In this document: positions 18,922 through 29,784 of the stretch, piece after piece | Layout: the number at the start of each line of letters is the position of its first letter | How positions within the stretch are numbered: the stretch's first letter is position 1 | Assembly: GCA_017889545.1 (NCBI GenBank) | Contig: JAGFZV010000007.1 | Coordinates: 82,435 to 146,434, forward strand | DNA: 64,000 nt | Reading direction: 5' to 3' | Source: Bacillota bacterium | Lineage (GTDB): Bacteria > Bacillota > Negativicutes > CTSoil-072 | Notes under the pieces: model-generated | What the model saw: only the letters and a program-made list of their open reading frames with translations | Databases searched by the model: none | What the model was told of the DNA's origin: nothing | Made by a program: the position numbers and the translations under genes

Positions 18922-21900
18922 CGACTGACTACCTGGACAAAACGCAGTAAATTCACAGAAACAGCACCACTGTGAATTACATAAATAATCCGCCTCATCA
19001 TGATGGTCGGCAATGTAGGTGCAGGCGTTTGTAAGTTCCTGTTGGATATTCAACAACTGTTCATTTCCAACAGGAACTTCTGCGGTTTTGTCCAGCCGGA
19101 CAAAATACAGACGGGCATCCTTTACCGGCCGCTTATGTACAGCCTCCGCAGCCAGTGCATACAGCCCAAGCTGCCAGCGATATTCTTCCACTTTGGCAGC
19201 AAAGCCGGCCGAGTCGACAAGATCGGTTTTGTAATCGACAATGCCTAGCGTTCCATCCGGGTAAGCCAACAAACAATCTACACTGCCGGTAAACGAAAAT
19301 TGATTTAAATAATAGTTGAAACGCCATTCCCGACGCCAAATACGCTCCGTAATTCCGCGAAAAAAATCACTGCGGCGACATTGCAGCGCCAAAGGAACAG
19401 AAACCTTCGCCACTTCATCAACCCACTCCGCGGGCACCGCCTCGCGCGCCGCTGACATGAGCCGCTCCATTAAGTCGTCTTCCGGCCGCACAGTCTCATA
19501 AAAACGGTGAATTGCCAAACCCACCAAATGGGCAGGCGCACTTGCTCCCGGAGATGAAGCTGGCAAATGGGTGTCCAATGCTGGCATTCCTGCCACATAA
19601 CGATAGAAAAAAGCACGCGGGCAATGCCGGTATAATTGCAGCGAACTGGCTGAAAAAAAACGGACCGTATCCGGTTTTTGTTCTCTCACCGGTTTGAGCG
19701 CAGCTATGAAATCGCTGATTTCGCCAGGATCCGGAACAGCAATGTTTTGAATGCTGTCTTCCGGATCCATCGTTATGTCTGATAAGGAAACAGTCTCCGG
19801 TGCATCGCGATAAACAAGAATTTTCCCCTTTCCCGGCTGCAAAGCATCCGGCAAGGAATCAGCGTCTTCAAAACCGCAGATTTTCCCTAACCATTTAAAG
19901 AAGGTATTTAATTCCAGAAAGTCTTTTTGTACGGTGATTTTACTGGTTTCCATAATCGTATATAAAACCAAATAATCTTGGGCCCTGGTAACCGCTACAT
20001 AAAACAACCGTTTCATTTCTAAAAACGAGTATTTGCGTTCCCGCGCAGCAGCATCCTGGTATAAGCGGGTCGGCGCAATAGCCCCGGCACTATCCGGAAC
20101 TTTCAACCCAATACCCTGGGAGGGATCAAAGATCGCCAATGCCGTATCTTCATGAAAACGGCGCTGCAGCTCCGGCAAAAACACGACGGGAAACTGCAGG
20201 CCCTTTGCTTTGTGCACAGTCATCAGTTTGACCGTATCGCCGGCTTCGCTCTCAATCTGTTCTGCGCCTTCATCCGCTTGCTGACTTGCCAGTGTTTCAA
20301 TATATTGCAAAAAGTCGTTCAGTGTCGCAAAATCTTCTGCATGAAACTCTTCGGCAATCGCAATCAGTTTGTAAATGTTTGCATAAACTTGCAGCCCCAT
20401 AAACTCTGTCAGCGCCAATTCGGCATACCCGGTCTCCGCCAAAGCAAGTTTCAGCAAATCAGCCACTTTTACAAAACCGCAAAGATGACGCAATTTACTG
20501 ATCGTCTGCCAGGCCAAATGAGCAGCATTTTGTTGTTCCTCAGGCAATACTTGATTGCTTTTGACTTCTTTCAACCCTTGCCAGAGTGCTCCCCCTTGCA
20601 TTTTTAGATACAATAGAGTCTCGTCCGACAGCATAAAAAACGGGGAACGCAATACGCCGACAAGCGCCGTTTCGTTGTAGCAATTGTCTACAACCCGCAT
20701 AAGATTCAGCATATCGCAAATTTCCTGGCAGCGATAAAATCCCCGGCCGCCAAAAATATAATAGGGGATACGATTACGCTGCAGAGCAGCTTCGTATACC
20801 GGCATAGTTGCACTGGCAGAAAATAAAATCGCGATGTCACGGAAAGAAACCGGTCCTGTTTTTTCGCCTTGCCGGATAACGTTCTCGCGCCGATCAACCA
20901 TGGCCCGAATCCGCTGCGCCAGCGCCTCAGCTTGTTTTTCCACCCCTTCGTCCTCCGGGGCAAGGGAACCTTTGTCGATCACACGCAATTCAACACACGG
21001 AAGATCCTCCGAACAAAACCGGTGCGCCTGCAGATTGTTAAATTTCACCAAATCATCGCTCGTACCCATCAAATCCGCGAATACATCATTGAATACTTCC
21101 AGCAAGCCCGCAACCGATCGAAAATTAGTATCTAAATCCAGCAGCATCCCGCCGCCGGCGGCAATATCCCGGCAAACGCGGTCAAAAACGCTTACGTCCG
21201 CTCCCCGAAACCGGTAAATGGACTGTTTGGGATCGCCGACTACAAAGAGCTTTTCACCATACAGGATCTCAGCATCCCCGCCACAAAGCAAATACACAAT
21301 CTGTCGCTGCAAGTCGTTCGTATCCTGAAACTCATCGACCATCATGTGATGAATGCGTTCTTGATATTTTCGGCACACAGTTTTATTGTCATATAATAAT
21401 TTCCATGTTCGTTGTTCTAGATCATTATAGGTAAGCGCATGAAGACTGTTCTTCTTTTTGGCAAAATTCTCACTGATCTCCAGCAAATAATGATGAAGTG
21501 CCGGCATTAATTTTAAAGCGGTTTGCGTTAAGGCAAGCTGCTTCAAGTCTTCGTATCGTATCTGAATTTCTGCAACAATCTCCTTGTCCTTGGCACGGGT
21601 GGTCAAGCTGCCGAGATACTGTTCCAATGTATGCTCCGCCGACTGGCTATCATCACTATTGCCATACCGGTCAATCGCAGCCTCGACTTCCATCCAGTGT
21701 TCCCTTATATTCTCAACCGTCATGGCATGCAAAGTCTTTTTTCCATTGCCGGAATTTGCCGCAAGCAGATCCTGGCATGCTGTTTTTAGTTTTTCTTTAA
21801 TTGATGCTTCTTGGTTCAGACCCTGCCGATAAGGCGTTAATAAGCTTTCCAGATCGAATTGTTGCAACGCGATTTGCAATTCGCATTTTTTATATAAAGT

Positions 21901-22413
21901 TACAAACGCACCCGATAAGCTTTTTTTGCCATAAGAATAAGCGAGCTTATCCAACCATTCTGCGCCGGTGTTGGCTCCCCGCCGTAAAACGTCATTGACT
22001 GTTTCCTTCAGCAATAAATCCGCCTGCACCTCATCCAATACGCTAAAATTCGGATCAAGTACCGCCTCTACGGGATTATCCCGCAAAATTCGCCCGCACA
22101 AACTATGGATTGTCGAAATCGGCGCATACTCAAGCTGTTGTTTGGTTTTTTCCAAAAACACCTGTTCATTGCCGCTGTGAGAATCCTTCAACAAAATTTT
22201 AATCTGGTCCCGAATTCTCTCTTTCATTTCTTTGGCCGCTTTATTCGTAAAAGTAACCGCAAAAATATTATCGCAGTTTGATTTTTGGGTGCGTAAAATA
22301 TGAACGTATCGTTCTACTAATACCCTGGTTTTCCCTGAACCGGCACCGGCAGCCAAAGCCATATTGCCAATATAAGTAATTGCTGTTTGTTGCACAGGTG
22401 TATAATTATTCAT
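18913..22413 (-). CDS. addA: AddA-like UvrD helicase with C-terminal PD-(D/E)XK nuclease
   Basis: AGAGSGKT, TFTNKAA, DEFQDTN, VGDPKQSIYRFRGA, NFRS, MTVHKAKGLQF, YVAVTRA; nuclease G.VD..IVDYKT; start set at ATG 22413 after GGAGG. Confidence 0.88.
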   Translation of the reverse strand: MNNYTPVQQTAITYIGNMALAAGAGSGKTRVLVERYVHILRTQKSNCDNIFAVTFTNKAAKEMKERIRDQIKILLKDSHSGNEQVFLEKTKQQLEYAPISTIHSLCGRILRDNPVEAVLDPNFSVLDEVQADLLLKETVNDVLRRGANTGAEWLDKLAYSYGKKSLSGAFVTLYKKCELQIALQQFDLESLLTPYRQGLNQEASIKEKLKTACQDLLAANSGNGKKTLHAMTVENIREHWMEVEAAIDRYGNSDDSQSAEHTLEQYLGSLTTRAKDKEIVAEIQIRYEDLKQLALTQTALKLMPALHHYLLEISENFAKKKNSLHALTYNDLEQRTWKLLYDNKTVCRKYQERIHHMMVDEFQDTNDLQRQIVYLLCGGDAEILYGEKLFVVGDPKQSIYRFRGADVSVFDRVCRDIAAGGGMLLDLDTNFRSVAGLLEVFNDVFADLMGTSDDLVKFNNLQAHRFCSEDLPCVELRVIDKGSLAPEDEGVEKQAEALAQRIRAMVDRRENVIRQGEKTGPVSFRDIAILFSASATMPVYEAALQRNRIPYYIFGGRGFYRCQEICDMLNLMRVVDNCYNETALVGVLRSPFFMLSDETLLYLKMQGGALWQGLKEVKSNQVLPEEQQNAAHLAWQTISKLRHLCGFVKVADLLKLALAETGYAELALTEFMGLQVYANIYKLIAIAEEFHAEDFATLNDFLQYIETLASQQADEGAEQIESEAGDTVKLMTVHKAKGLQFPVVFLPELQRRFHEDTALAIFDPSQGIGLKVPDSAGAIAPTRLYQDAAARERKYSFLEMKRLFYVAVTRAQDYLVLYTIMETSKITVQKDFLELNTFFKWLGKICGFEDADSLPDALQPGKGKILVYRDAPETVSLSDITMDPEDSIQNIAVPDPGEISDFIAALKPVREQKPDTVRFFSASSLQLYRHCPRAFFYRYVAGMPALDTHLPASSPGASAPAHLVGLAIHRFYETVRPEDDLMERLMSAAREAVPAEWVDEVAKVSVPLALQCRRSDFFRGITERIWRREWRFNYYLNQFSFTGSVDCLLAYPDGTLGIVDYKTDLVDSAGFAAKVEEYRWQLGLYALAAEAVHKRPVKDARLYFVRLDKTAEVPVGNEQLLNIQQELTNACTYIADHHDEADYLCNSQWCCFCEFTAFCPGSQSLC

Positions 22414-25400
22414 ATTTTCCTTCCTCCCGCGACTTGGCAGCCATCCGGTATTTATCATAACGACAGATGTCTTTCGCCGGGCAATAATTCGAACATGATC
22501 GTCCCGGCAATACCGGAAAGCAAGCTGCACGAATGTTGTTTGCATATTGTACGGCATACGATATGACAGCCGTTTGCAAATCATTCCAGCCGTCTTCATC
22601 CAAATCACCGCTGCGTTTTTTCTTGCGAAAAGCCATCCCGGAAGTCATTTCTTTTCTCCACATGCCGCCATCTTTCTTACACCCTTCAATCGAATAATAA
22701 CCGCCGCCGGCAGTTTTTCTGCCGGTTTTAGTCCCTAATTGACGTTCAACAGCCAAAATATATAGAGCAATCTGTAAATCCACCCCTGCTTTCAGGTCAC
22801 TAAAACCAGGGCAGCGGCTTCGTTTATAATCGGTAACGACGTAGGTCCCATCGCAAAGATCAATTCGGTCAATCTTCCCCCTGACAGTCACCGTTCCGGC
22901 AGCCGCATTCAGTTCCAAAGATTCAAAATCCCATTCCAAACAGTGCGGCCTGCCCACAGCTCCTTCCGCTGTTTGCTCCGCAATTTCAAAGTCCAGCCAA
23001 CGTCTTACTACTTCCGTAAAATGATGCTGATCATATTTCCACAAATCTCCATAAACCATTTTCCCTTGTTTAATCAATCTGTCATAAGAAACTCTTAATA
23101 AATCATCCAGTTCCTGATGATACTCATCAATTTTTACCGGATTCAGCAGTTCATCACGATGCAATTGCATGAATTCCGCTAAAACCGCATGATAGAGGGT
23201 GCCTTCCACATCAAGCCCCAATTCTTCGTCTTGTTCCTCCCATCCATCCAGTTGCAGCAAATACTGGGCGAAATAAGCAAAAGGGCATTTGGCATATGAT
23301 TCCAACGCAGAAATACTGAACGATCCTTTGGTTTCGACGATCTGTCGACAAGCAGCGGTTATTTCCTCAGTTTTCAACACCCCATCATATTCGGAAAAAT
23401 GCGAACTGCGACGAACCAGCATTACCGCAAATCTTCGTTTAAACTCTTCACTCAGACAATGATGCCAAACAAATCCTACCGCTTCTTTGGGCACGGTTGA
23501 ACGCGAACCCGGCGCAGCGAAAAATTCCGTCAACGTTTTGCCAATCAATTCCTCTCGGCTGCCGATTTTTTTGTAATCCGCAGTAAACCATTCATTTAAA
23601 TCAAATTTAGTAACCGGCACGCTTCCATCAGCAAATAGACGCACCACTTCCTCAAGATAAGGCGATGGCAATCGATCCTGGTCTTCCAGGCAACTGAGAA
23701 CCAACCGTTCATCAGCCATCGCAACTGAGATGGCAAAATAAAGGTCTTCCTGTGCTCGCTGCAGACTTTCAGTAGACATCGTAATGCCCAAATCAACAAG
23801 CTGACGGCGTTCCGCTTCATTATAAAGCCAATTTTCACGCTGATGTTGGGGAAATTCACCTTCCGTAAGGCCGAGAACGAATACGACTGGAAAACGCACG
23901 CCTCTCACAGCCGTTGGACTCACAACCTGTACCCCGCTGGAATCCCGATGTTCCAAGCGAACATTCCGCCCCCCGACTGCCTGTTGAAAAAACCGTAAAA
24001 AATCAGTAATCGTTATCGCATCTTGTTCTTTTCCTAACAATTCAAATCCATGAACCAGATCGTCAAGAGCGGTTTCAACTTCCACAATGGTCTGCAGTTC
24101 CGCTTTAAGCAACGATAAAGGCAAAACTCCTTCCCGATACAACGAACCCATTTTTTCCGGGAGTGATAAGGCTCTTATCAGCGTTTTTACGGAATTTGCA
24201 AAGACAGCACAAGAACCCTTGCCGGGCAACCCCGTCGCTAATTTTTGCAGCTGCATAAATTTGTTCTTGTAATCCGCTCCCGCATCTCCGGGGAAAGTTT
24301 CCTGTATATTTTTTATCCATTCGCTCCAATTTCGAATCACTTTTGTCAACAGCCTGCATTCCAGCATATCGGCGTCCAGTCCCAAACAGACCGGCGCCAA
24401 CGGCGACTTCAAAAGATTTTTTACCGTGTGACGTTCCCCGCCGTTTATCTGAGCGACAAAACAATTCAAGATAAATTGCACCAATGGCCGGCCAATCACC
24501 GTTTCATCCCATGATATGCTGACAGGCACGCCAACCCGGTCGAATGCGGTTCGCAGATCATGGTACATATTCGGATCGCGAACTACCGCAGCGATGTCTT
24601 GGGGACGGTATTTTCCGGTTTGCAAAAGCATTTTTATCTGATTAGCCACTTCGAACATTTCTTTTCCCCGTCTTGGGCTGCTGAGTGCTGCAACACGGCC
24701 GTCTGCCCCTGCAATAGGCGATCGTCCGGAAAATAAATGTTCTCGAATATAATCAAGCACAGACTTCCCTGCTTGCGCTTGCACATAGTTGGCGGTAAAA
24801 CCATTGCCAATCAGTGTATTTACTGTGTCCTCGGCCGCAGTGTACAACCGGGAACGGTTTTTTTCATAAAGTAATGCAATATCCACCGGTATGCTGTGGC
24901 TTAATTGCAGCAATACTTTAATCTGCAGTGACGTAAGAATATAAAATTCACTCACATACAAATGCCTGTAGGACAACGTGACTGTTCCGGTTTCTAAAGC
25001 TTCGGCAGCCAAAAGGTACATCTCCTCTAAATCAGCAAGATCCAGCGCAGTCAACGCTTGCTGGTAGGCTGCATAGATTAGCGCCACTTCCTGGTCCTTT
25101 TCTGTCATTCCCTTAGCTTCAACTGCTCCACGAAACTCTTGCGGCGAAGTCCCTGATCGTTTTATTTCGCCCAGTAAATCAGTTACGGTGCTAATATATC
25201 CGGGAAAAGCAGCAATGTTGCTAAAATACGGCAATTGATTTTGTTCTGCCAAGACACTTAAGATATGTCCGACCAGCATCTCTTGCGTTAACCGGTCTAC
25301 CCGTACCCGCCGTATACCGGCTTGCCGCAAAATATCGGATACTAACTCATCAAAAGATAATAATTTCAACTGCTCATGACCAACGCAGCAAGCGCTCATC

Positions 25401-25519
25401 TTTTCCCGGACTTGATTTAGCAAAAAGGAACTGGGCAGCAAAAATACCGAATGATGATAATCAAGAATAAATTGATCCCTTCTGCTGTCTCCCAGTGGTA
25501 AACAATGCAACTTCAGCAT
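22406..25519 (-). CDS. addB: AddB-like subunit (inactive helicase scaffold plus PD-(D/E)XK nuclease)
   Basis: SISALESYAKCPF, GTLYH, RGKIDRID..VTDYK, LQIALY, C-terminal Cys cluster; overlaps addA start. Confidence 0.85.
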   Translation of the reverse strand: MLKLHCLPLGDSRRDQFILDYHHSVFLLPSSFLLNQVREKMSACCVGHEQLKLLSFDELVSDILRQAGIRRVRVDRLTQEMLVGHILSVLAEQNQLPYFSNIAAFPGYISTVTDLLGEIKRSGTSPQEFRGAVEAKGMTEKDQEVALIYAAYQQALTALDLADLEEMYLLAAEALETGTVTLSYRHLYVSEFYILTSLQIKVLLQLSHSIPVDIALLYEKNRSRLYTAAEDTVNTLIGNGFTANYVQAQAGKSVLDYIREHLFSGRSPIAGADGRVAALSSPRRGKEMFEVANQIKMLLQTGKYRPQDIAAVVRDPNMYHDLRTAFDRVGVPVSISWDETVIGRPLVQFILNCFVAQINGGERHTVKNLLKSPLAPVCLGLDADMLECRLLTKVIRNWSEWIKNIQETFPGDAGADYKNKFMQLQKLATGLPGKGSCAVFANSVKTLIRALSLPEKMGSLYREGVLPLSLLKAELQTIVEVETALDDLVHGFELLGKEQDAITITDFLRFFQQAVGGRNVRLEHRDSSGVQVVSPTAVRGVRFPVVFVLGLTEGEFPQHQRENWLYNEAERRQLVDLGITMSTESLQRAQEDLYFAISVAMADERLVLSCLEDQDRLPSPYLEEVVRLFADGSVPVTKFDLNEWFTADYKKIGSREELIGKTLTEFFAAPGSRSTVPKEAVGFVWHHCLSEEFKRRFAVMLVRRSSHFSEYDGVLKTEEITAACRQIVETKGSFSISALESYAKCPFAYFAQYLLQLDGWEEQDEELGLDVEGTLYHAVLAEFMQLHRDELLNPVKIDEYHQELDDLLRVSYDRLIKQGKMVYGDLWKYDQHHFTEVVRRWLDFEIAEQTAEGAVGRPHCLEWDFESLELNAAAGTVTVRGKIDRIDLCDGTYVVTDYKRSRCPGFSDLKAGVDLQIALYILAVERQLGTKTGRKTAGGGYYSIEGCKKDGGMWRKEMTSGMAFRKKKRSGDLDEDGWNDLQTAVISYAVQYANNIRAACFPVLPGRSCSNYCPAKDICRYDKYRMAAKSREEGKYE

Positions 25520-25644
25520 GATGCGCCTCCTGACCTAAAAAGCCAATTCTGTTATAGTATATTATCCTCCAAAACCGCATGGTCCTGCCAAAACGAAAAA
25601 ATAACCCCTGCCCGAGTAACCGGTCAGAGGCGTTTTGCAAAAGC

Positions 25645-26106
25645 TCACGAATTAGGCAATATCTTCACCATGGCAATTTCATCACAATTAGGGAATTTAG
25701 CACAATTGATACATTCTTTCCAAACTTTGTGCGACAAAGTTTCTTTAGGCTTTTCAACAAACCCCAATTTCGCAAAAAAACCTGGCTGATATGTCAACGC
25801 ATACAAAGTTACAACACCAATCGCCAGAGCTTCTTCTGTCAGTTTCTCTACGATCATTCTGCCAATACCGGTTCGCGCCATAGAAGGCGCTACCGCCAGC
25901 GCTCGTATTTCTCCCAGTTCGTCCCAACAGGTATGCAGAGCGCCAACTCCAACAATTACGCCATTTTCTTCCGCCAAGGTGAACTCGCGAAGACTTTCAT
26001 ACAGCGTATTTCTTGACCTGGCTAACATTAGTCCTTTGTCGGCATAATCATTAATTAAAGCATATATCGCTTCCACATCGCTGAATTTGGCTTTGCGAAG
26101 GATCAT
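25645..26106 (-). CDS. Short GNAT N-acetyltransferase, ArgA-like (amino-acid N-acetyltransferase)
   Basis: YA..GLML.RS, EIRALAV, ALTYQ..FF, KVWKECINC.KFPNCDE motifs. Confidence 0.8.
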   Translation of the reverse strand: MILRKAKFSDVEAIYALINDYADKGLMLARSRNTLYESLREFTLAEENGVIVGVGALHTCWDELGEIRALAVAPSMARTGIGRMIVEKLTEEALAIGVVTLYALTYQPGFFAKLGFVEKPKETLSHKVWKECINCAKFPNCDEIAMVKILPNS

Positions 26107-26153
26107 ATTCATCACTCCTATCGTCATGAATAATTATAACATTATATAAATAT

Positions 26154-26822
26154 TTATACAATATCATGTTGTTTCATTTTCACTGAAAAACCATATTCTG
26201 CAGCGCTTGGACATAGCGTATTGACGGGGCAGACAGAACATTGAGGATTTCTAGCCTTGCAAATCTTCCGGCCATGCCAAATTAACCAGTGGTGTGCATC
26301 TCCCCATTTTTCTTGAGGAATAATCTTCATCAAATCTTCTTCAACAAGCCGCGGTGTTTTGCCCGAAGCCAGCTGCAACCGATTGGCGACACGAAAAACG
26401 TGGGTATCCACAGCAATAGCAGGAACATGAAATAATTGACTTAAAACGACGTTCGCAGTCTTCCGGCCAACACCCGGCAAGGCAATCAATTCCGAAAAGG
26501 CAGCAGGAACCCGGCCTGCATATTCTTCACTGATCTTCCGGCAAGCCGCCAGAATATTGCGGGCTTTGCTGCGGTAAAGACCGCAATCCCGAATGGCTTC
26601 CTCCAATTGTTCCTGTGTTAAGGTCAACATTTTTTCCGGAGAATCATAAACCGGAAATAACCGTGGAGTGATCATATTCACCCGCGTATCTGTGCATTGC
26701 GCCGACAAAATTACGGCAATCAATAATTCGAAAGGGCTCGAATATGCAAGCCCAGTCGTCGATCCTTCATAATACTTTTCCAAAATAAGCAATATTTTTT
26801 CTTTCGTTATTGAAGTGATCAT
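26154..26822 (-). CDS. nth: Endonuclease III
   Basis: LSAQCTD, HhH motif LPGVGRKTANVV, VDTHV, CKARNPQCSVCPVNTLC Fe-S motif. Confidence 0.96.
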   Translation of the reverse strand: MITSITKEKILLILEKYYEGSTTGLAYSSPFELLIAVILSAQCTDTRVNMITPRLFPVYDSPEKMLTLTQEQLEEAIRDCGLYRSKARNILAACRKISEEYAGRVPAAFSELIALPGVGRKTANVVLSQLFHVPAIAVDTHVFRVANRLQLASGKTPRLVEEDLMKIIPQEKWGDAHHWLIWHGRKICKARNPQCSVCPVNTLCPSAAEYGFSVKMKQHDIV

Positions 26823-26855
26823 CGTCATTTCTCCACTGACAGTTTCCAAGTCCGC

Positions 26856-27896
26856 CTATTTGCCGAACGGACAAACAGGATAGGTGCAAGGTTTGCAATT
26901 CAAACACAAACCGCCATAGCCCATCGAGGCAAAATCAAGTTTTGACAGCCATTCTCCCGCCAATACGCGCGGAAATACGAAATCAAACACAGTAATCTTG
27001 GCATACATGCCGCAGCCCGGCATGCCCATGATGACAGTATCACCGTGATATGCAAGCATAAACATTGCCCCGGGCAATACCGGCGTCCCATAGGTAACGA
27101 CTTGCGCACCCGTAGCCCGGATCGCATCCGGCGTAACATCGTCAGGATCAACGGACATTCCACCGGTAGCAATAATGACATCCATTCCGCGTTTTTTGAA
27201 TTCCATAATGGAATCCCGGATACGATCACGATCATCGGGCTGAAAAACAATATCAACCATTGTTGCCCCGTATGACGCTACTTTGTCCGCAAAAACCGGC
27301 GCATACCGATCTTTGATACGGCCATAATATACTTCATTCCCAGTTATAATCGCGCCGACTTTCAAGTTGCGAAGCGGTTTCACGGAAATAATTCCCGTAT
27401 ATTGGTCCGCAATGTTTTCAACAGATAACACGACGGTTTTATCCACTACCAGAGGAACAACCTTAATGCCCGCCAGCAAATCGCCGCGCTTGACCAATAT
27501 ATTATCATGGCGCGTGGATACTACTGCATTTTCAACCGTGTTAATTGCCGTGACTGCGTGACGGTTTACTTTTAATAAACCGTCGATTTGCGCCTTGATA
27601 TTGATCCGGCCTTCCGACGGTTCCGTCAGCAGAACATTTTCACCGGCCACCGCTTGAGCTATTCGGGCTATCGCATCATTTTCGTGCATTTGACCGGGCA
27701 GAAGATCAATCAGATAAATGTGATCTTTGCCGATGTTTTTTAAATGCGGAATATCTTCATCACAAATAACATGCCCTTTCTTAAACAAGGGCCCTTTATA
27801 TTCCCCCGGTACAATTTTGGATAAATCATGTCCAATAATCATACCTACAGCATCTTCTGTCCGCACTTTCCGTATAGTCACTGACAATCCCTCCAT
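26856..27896 (-). CDS. Molybdopterin-binding protein (short MoeA-like family)
   Basis: AVGM...HDL, FKKGH, HENDA, TGNEV, TGGMSVDPDD.TP, PVLPGAM, GGLCLNCKPCTYPVCPFGK. Confidence 0.85.
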   Translation of the reverse strand: MEGLSVTIRKVRTEDAVGMIIGHDLSKIVPGEYKGPLFKKGHVICDEDIPHLKNIGKDHIYLIDLLPGQMHENDAIARIAQAVAGENVLLTEPSEGRINIKAQIDGLLKVNRHAVTAINTVENAVVSTRHDNILVKRGDLLAGIKVVPLVVDKTVVLSVENIADQYTGIISVKPLRNLKVGAIITGNEVYYGRIKDRYAPVFADKVASYGATMVDIVFQPDDRDRIRDSIMEFKKRGMDVIIATGGMSVDPDDVTPDAIRATGAQVVTYGTPVLPGAMFMLAYHGDTVIMGMPGCGMYAKITVFDFVFPRVLAGEWLSKLDFASMGYGGLCLNCKPCTYPVCPFGK

Positions 27897-27910
27897 GACT
27901 AAGCAAACAT

Positions 27911-29269
27911 TTAGTTCGTTAAACTGCGTATCGGTGCAGGAATTCTTCCTCCCCGGGCGATAAAATCCTCCGCTTTGAATGGATTCACTTTTAAAATCGG
28001 ACTATAGCCCAGCAAACCGCCAAATTCAACACTATCGCCAACTTTTTTGCCGGGTACTGGGATAATGCGAACCGCGGTTGTCTTATTATTAATCATGCCG
28101 ATTGCCGCTTCGTCGGCAATAATTCCCGAAATCGTCGCCGCCGAAGTATCGCCGGGAACGGCAATCATGTCTAACCCAACGGAGCAGACACACGTCATCG
28201 CTTCCAATTTTTCAAGACTGAGACTGCCGCATTCAACAGCGGCAATCATGCCCGCATCTTCGCTGACAGGAATAAACGCACCGCTTAATCCGCCAACAAA
28301 CGAAGAGGCCATCAATCCGCCTTTTTTCACCGCATCGTTCAACAGCGCCAATGCCGCCGTTGTTCCCGGTGCGCCGCAGCTCTCCAAACCCATCTCCTCA
28401 AGGATGTGGGCAACGCTGTCTCCTACTGCCGGAGTCGGCGCGAGGGAAAGATCAATGATCCCAAAAGGGACGCCCATCCGCCGTGAAGCTTCCTGCGCCA
28501 CCAATTGTCCAACGCGGGTTATTTTGAAGGCGGTCCGTTTAATCATCTCGGCTACTACGCCAAAGTCTTTGCCTTTCACATCTTCCAATGCTCTTTTTAC
28601 AACACCGGGGCCGCTAACACCAACATTGATCGCCGTTTCTGCTTCGCCGACGCCATGAAAAGCGCCTGCCATAAACGGATTGTCTTCCGGAACATTCGCA
28701 AAAACGACAAGTTTTGCGCAGCCGATTGCATCCCTATCACGGGTTAATTCAGCAATTCGTTTGATTGTTTCTCCCATTTCACGAACACAGTCCATATTGA
28801 TGCCGGCCTTCGTAGATGCAAGATTAACGGAAGCGCATACCCTGTCTGTTTGCGCCAATGCTTCCGGCAAGGATGCAATCAGAACCCGATCGCCTTTTGT
28901 ATAGCCTTTTTCTACCAAGGCGCTGAAACCGCCGATAAAGTTTACTCCGACGGTTTTCGCTGCTCGATCCAGTGCCTGAGCCACAGGAACATAACTGTCC
29001 GTACGGCAGCTTTCCGCTGCAATCGCAATGGGAGTCACTGAAATTCGCTTATTAATAATTGGTATGCCATACTCCGCCTCAATGTCTTCGCCTACACGCA
29101 CCAGGTGTTCAGCTGTTCTGGTTATTTTGTCATATATATTGCGACAGAAAATATCTGTATCAGGGTGGGCGCAATCCCGCAAACTGATTCCCAGCGTGAT
29201 CGTCCGGACATCCAGCTTATTTTCTTCAATCATCCGGTTTGTTTCTAAAATATCTTGGATCGTCGACAT
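27911..29269 (-). CDS. UPF0210/DUF711 (PFL-like) protein
   Basis: [51 protein letters not shown] motifs. Confidence 0.92.
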   Translation of the reverse strand: MSTIQDILETNRMIEENKLDVRTITLGISLRDCAHPDTDIFCRNIYDKITRTAEHLVRVGEDIEAEYGIPIINKRISVTPIAIAAESCRTDSYVPVAQALDRAAKTVGVNFIGGFSALVEKGYTKGDRVLIASLPEALAQTDRVCASVNLASTKAGINMDCVREMGETIKRIAELTRDRDAIGCAKLVVFANVPEDNPFMAGAFHGVGEAETAINVGVSGPGVVKRALEDVKGKDFGVVAEMIKRTAFKITRVGQLVAQEASRRMGVPFGIIDLSLAPTPAVGDSVAHILEEMGLESCGAPGTTAALALLNDAVKKGGLMASSFVGGLSGAFIPVSEDAGMIAAVECGSLSLEKLEAMTCVCSVGLDMIAVPGDTSAATISGIIADEAAIGMINNKTTAVRIIPVPGKKVGDSVEFGGLLGYSPILKVNPFKAEDFIARGGRIPAPIRSLTN

Positions 29270-29296
29270 AATATCCTCCTTTTCACGCTTGTTAAA

Positions 29297-29566
29297 CTAT
29301 ATTCGATGCATAATTTCAAAAATCGCTTCGTGCTGCACCTTAATATCCAGTCCCATTTCATTGCCCTTCTCACTCAAAATGCGCTGCAATTCTTTTAAAC
29401 TGACTTGCGCATTCGACATATCGGCAATCATAACCATATTAAAAAATCCATCAACAATATTTTGATTGATATTTAAAATATTAATCTTATTTTCCGCCAG
29501 CACATTGCTCGCCATCGCAATGATTCCCACCCTATCCTGACCAACAATTGTTATTACGACTTTCAT
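29297..29566 (-). CDS. UPF0237 ACT domain protein
   Basis: ITIVGQDRVGIIA..NILNINQ..QHE.IF..MHRI; usual partner of UPF0210. Confidence 0.9.
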   Translation of the reverse strand: MKVVITIVGQDRVGIIAMASNVLAENKINILNINQNIVDGFFNMVMIADMSNAQVSLKELQRILSEKGNEMGLDIKVQHEAIFEIMHRI

Positions 29567-29653
29567 ACGATCACGCTCCATCGAAAATTCTCCTTCTTTA
29601 AAGGATTATCAGTAATCATACCATATTCAGATCGTAAAACCAAGTCTGCATCA

Positions 29654-29684
29654 CGTTATTTCCGTTATTTCCGTTATTTCCGTT
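29654..29684. repeat. 9-bp tandem repeat (CGTTATTTC x3 plus a partial copy)
   Basis: Directly visible in the divergent intergenic region. Confidence 0.85.
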
Positions 29685-29717
29685 CTTTGCCTGTTGTCTT
29701 CGCATAATTGCTCTTCG

Positions 29718-29746
29718 TTGACATGATAGTCATAATTTGATACGAT
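29718..29746 (+). promoter_or_regulatory. SigA promoter for DUF896-MFS
   Basis: TTGACA-N17-TACGAT with extended -10 TG. Confidence 0.65.
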
Positions 29747-29784
29747 TTGCTCAAGAAAATAAGTTGAAAGCAGGTAACAGAATC

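Noticed and set aside
22414-22608. 65-aa N-terminal extension of addA in the ORF track
   Set aside because: Overlaps the Cys-containing C-terminus of addB; a good SD precedes ATG 22413.
18913-25519. Anti-phage helicase-nuclease or Cas4/CRISPR-linked system
   Set aside because: Gene order, size and motifs fit housekeeping AddAB among core genes; no array, cas or defence genes nearby.
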